Shown: piece by piece, positions 46,390-46,847 of the stretch | Position numbering within the stretch: position 1 is the stretch's first letter | Layout of the letters: every line of letters begins with the position of its first letter | Assembly: GCF_004010195.1 (NCBI RefSeq) | Contig: NC_057718.1 | Coordinates: forward strand, 25,388,899 to 25,435,745 | DNA: 46,847 nucleotides | Direction of reading: 5' to 3' | Source: Chiloscyllium plagiosum | Taxonomy: Eukaryota | Made by a program: the position numbers and the translations under genes | The notes under the pieces: model-generated | The model's input: the letters and a program-made list of their open reading frames with translations, nothing else | Told to the model about the DNA's origin: nothing | Database searches by the model: none

Positions 46390-46392
46390 CAA
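46153..46392. mobile_element. 240-bp MITE-like element with perfect 28-bp terminal inverted repeats (truncated copy 45498-45734)
   Basis: TTGAGTGCTATGTCCCTTAACATCACAA (46153-46180) / TTGTGATGTTAAGGGACATAGCACTCAA (46365-46392); AT-rich non-coding interior. Confidence 0.75.
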
Positions 46393-46689
46393 ATCCCGTC
46401 CTTTGTCGACAAGGCACAAGTCAGAACGGTGATAGAATGCTCTCCACTTGCCTAGATAAGTGTAGCTTCAGCAATGCTCAAGATGTTTAACACCATCTAG
46501 GTCAAAGCAGTCTGTTTGATTGGCACCCTCTCCACTACCTTTCAACATTCTATCCCTTCACTACTGACGCACTGGAGCAGCAGTATGTACCATCTATATG
46601 ATGCACTGCAGCCAATTCCTTTCAAACCTGTGACCTCTACCATTGAGAAGGTCAAAGGCAGAAAATGCATAGGAACACCAATGTTCAAA

Positions 46690-46847
46690 GTTTGTGCGAA
46701 GATTTGTAGCTCGGGTGCTCGTTGTTGTGGTTCTGTTCACCGAGCTGGAAGTTTTTGTTGCAAACGTTTCGTCCCCTGGCTAGGCGACATCATCAGTGCT
46801 TGGGAGCCTCCTGCGAAGCGCTTCTTTGATGTTTCCTCCGGTGTTTA
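46690..46847 (-). mobile_element. Penelope-type family C element end, cut by window edge
   Basis: Homologous to 8138-8326 (CGAGCTGGAAG...ACGTTTCGTCCCCTGGCTAGGCGACATCATCAGTG); CpG-rich, so probably young. Confidence 0.7.
46760..46799 (-). ncRNA. Minimal type I hammerhead ribozyme motif
   Basis: Minus strand GCA-CTGATGA-T-GTCGCCT-AGCC-AGGGGAC-GAA-ACGT-T-TGC: stem I GCA/TGC, intact cores, stem II with one G-G mismatch, GUU triplet. Confidence 0.65.

Overview
Eukaryotic, repeat-rich DNA, inferred from its SINE/LINE content to be from a cartilaginous fish (shark). It holds two intact + strand protein-coding genes. (1) A full-length NLRC4 (CARD-NACHT-LRR inflammasome adaptor), which I spliced by hand into 8 coding exons (10828; 13527-13787; 15407-17407; 17913-18005; 22572-22742; 23335-23427; 25259-25426; 25845-26227). 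All introns are phase 1 GT-AG, giving 3171 nt / 1056 aa. Its ATG is split by an intron, and its last ~14 codons and stop codon come from an inserted CR1 LINE 3' tail. (2) A single-coding-exon ANKRD9-family gene (31223-32098) in a CpG island. The rest is mobile DNA: tRNA-derived SINEs, CR1 and L2/CR1-like LINE fragments, a decayed hAT transposase fossil, a 240-bp MITE inside a 655-bp tandem duplication, and many short, often palindromic Penelope-type insertions with 9-16 bp target-site duplications, several carrying minimal type I hammerhead ribozyme motifs. There is one 96-N assembly gap. I found no evidence of a wholly new gene system; the most notable signals are the LINE-donated NLRC4 C-terminus, the split start codon and the hammerhead-bearing short elements. 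Comparisons with human proteins and repeat consensuses are from memory, not from a search.
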